NCBI RefSeq assembly: GCF_036588685.1
Contig: NC_086376.1
Location: forward strand, 58,094,001-58,158,000
DNA: 64,000 bases
Source: Mytilus trossulus
Lineage: Eukaryota
Direction of reading: 5' to 3'
This document shows, in pieces, positions 61,756 to 64,000 of the stretch. A program made the position numbers and the translations under genes. The notes under the pieces were generated by a model. The model saw only the letters and a program-made list of their open reading frames with translations, searched no databases and was not told the DNA's origin. Position 1 is the first letter of the stretch; every line of letters begins with the position of its first letter.

Positions 61756-64000
61756 GTGCAATTTGAATTAGAAACATAAGAATAGTTTTATATCGTCAAA
61801 TCGAATAATTTGTACTATACGGGTTAGAACTTTTGAGGAATCACCGTGTTATGTTAACTAAGTCATTGACTCATCATTACGTGGTCTGTTAATCTGAGTG
61901 TTTGTAAACATAGGGAAGTAGGTGGATTACTTAATGTTTACAGCTGTCAGTGAGAAATAATTGTCATTGCAGGGATTAGGCAAATGAGAAAACTCACAAT
62001 CTCGCGGGATCTATTGTGGATAGAAGGATACCATAGTGCATAATTGAAATTCAAATATTCAAGCTGCCTCTCGTTCTATATTGAAGTTGTTATTATTAGA
62101 TGTATAAACCGAAAAAAAATACAGTGTTATTGAAAATTATTAGAAGAATGGTGGTTGAATTGTACTTGTGTTAGAATGTTTTACATACATACAAATATCG
62201 AGGAAGTAACAAAAACTTCGATGCATAATCCTTTCGTTATAATTTTCTACCTTCTTTAATAGTTAAACAAATAAATGCAAGATATGATGGCAATTCTATA
62301 TAAGAAGATTATTCGACTAACATGTTTTGTAGTATTTTTATGAGGCAGATGAACCTTACCTAAGTATTTGATGATTATAACAATACTTTTATAATGCTTA
62401 AAGTGACCCCCTAAATTAATTATCAATGACGGCAAAATATCTTCTTAACTAACCAAGAGTTATCTTTTAGTAACCAAATTCAAGATGTCGCGTATGTCCA
62501 AGGCAACATTTAATTAACACATATACACGTCAAATAAGAAGATTTCAAAAGATTGTAAATAGATTAATATCTGCGACAAAAATACCACAGAACAATTATA
62601 TTAGTTTATCTTCCAATTCATTTTCTTAATTTTTGGTTTAATATTGATACCCTTTTCCCTATTTCTATCATATACCGATAGAGAATAAGATTGCCACATG
62701 TATATTTTCTTTGTGTCATCTTATATCGTTAATGGACGAACTACTTCATATATTTTGTTCGAAATTTTAAAACAGAGTATTGAACGTGTTCGATTGAATT
62801 TAACTAATATTCTAATATTGAGGGTCAAAAAATGTCACAATACCTTCCTAAAGGAAGACAAGTTTTGTCTTCTCGTGACTGGAAGGAAAACAAGAATCAA
62901 TGCACACATACCCGGAAGTGCTACCATATCCTGCTTTACATGTGGCAATCGTCGATTCAAGTCGATTCATATACTCATATTATAACAGGTTACATTCGGG
63001 GAAAAAGACGGGATTGTGGTAACAGCAATTGGAATTGATCTTTAATGGCTGATAAAAATGATGTTACTAATTAAAACAGAGGGTTTATAAAGCACTTTGA
63101 AGACCAAGAAATGTAACGTTGGTTGTAAGGACAAGAATGCAGTTTATGTATCTAAGTCTTAAGTTGAAAATGCAAAAAACACAAAACAGGCCTATGATTA
63201 TATCGGATTTCCTCATTGGCAAGTGTTGTGGAAAAGAAAATGTTGACCCTGCATTAACTATCGCAAGGCGAATCATAGAAAATTATTATTCTTTTATCTT
63301 TTGTTTTTATTCATTCTCACAGACTAGTACGTATATGACAAGTTCATGTATGTATGTGATCAGTAACAGATAAATCGGAAAGACGATGTTAAGCTTTACA
63401 TGTTATAAATAGACTTGTTTATTTCTGGAGACCGTATACTGACCTCTATATATTCTTTGATGTTTTTCCCTGTGTTGTATTATTCAAATACGAATACGCA
63501 CTTTGATTCAATGTAAATCTTTCAGAACCCTGCTATTTAATACCCTGTTAAAGAGAATTATATCTAATGGAACTAAAACCTAATATATGTATGCTACTTA
63601 ACGTTCAAAGAGCCTAACATATAAGCACGCAGATGGAATATGTTTCAATCGAATTGGATGGTAATCCTTTTTCTGTAAATTTTAATGCAATTGGATTAGT
63701 CTACAGACTGTTGTTATTACAATTGGACTTATGTTAGTTTAACGTCGGATATATTGATTTTGGAATTTCCATTTGACCCAAATTTCATTTCGTATATTGA
63801 TTGGTATTTCTAAATGACAAGATTGTGCATTTGCAAAGCAGAATTTTAAGCTTTCTTCATTATATTGATTTTTTATCAAATTATCAACGCAATACGGTGA
63901 TGTCTTTTTCACTCCAAAAAAAAAATGCGATAGGCAAAAGGGACCACAAAACATGTACGGATAAAAAGTAAAAAAAGAAGTAACGAACTCCAAGGAAAAT

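Noticed and set aside
62698-63038. Cys-containing short ORFs with a faint zinc-ribbon look (KKCHNTFLKEDKFC...CFTCG)
   Set aside because: Cys spacing is incomplete, with no splice context or recognisable family; consistent with chance.
21504-64000. Remaining 60-100 aa ORFs as host genes
   Set aside because: Composition mirrors AT-rich non-coding DNA, many overlap SINE/MITE fragments, and none has a recognisable domain. Small exons of a large-intron gene cannot be excluded without RNA data.

Overview
AT-rich eukaryotic (animal) genomic DNA. The repeat families resemble, from recall rather than a search, those of bivalve molluscs (probably a Mytilus-like mussel). No host protein-coding gene could be supported. 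The first ~21.5 kb is a nest of rolling-circle transposons centred on one uninterrupted 3035-aa Helentron (Helitron2) Rep-helicase ORF (2071-11178). Its domain order is: herpes-tegument-type deubiquitinase, OTU deubiquitinase, 14 near-perfect 18-aa repeats, Cys-rich zinc-binding region, HUH-Y2 Rep, PIF1-type SF1 helicase, APE-type endonuclease. Around it lie several non-autonomous Helentrons (HINEs), each with its own tandem-repeat core, and tRNA-derived SINEs in (TA)n. One HINE is interrupted by a 2.67-kb composite-like DNA element (16529-19200) with two 454-bp direct repeats, each with short imperfect TIRs, and an AGAT target-site duplication; this is the KolobokP architecture, here without coding capacity. 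The remaining ~42 kb is non-coding: three PIF/Harbinger-group MITEs with different 3-bp TSDs, SINE fragments, a Penelope-like RT remnant, decayed hammerhead-ribozyme repeats and a 51-bp minisatellite with higher-order structure.
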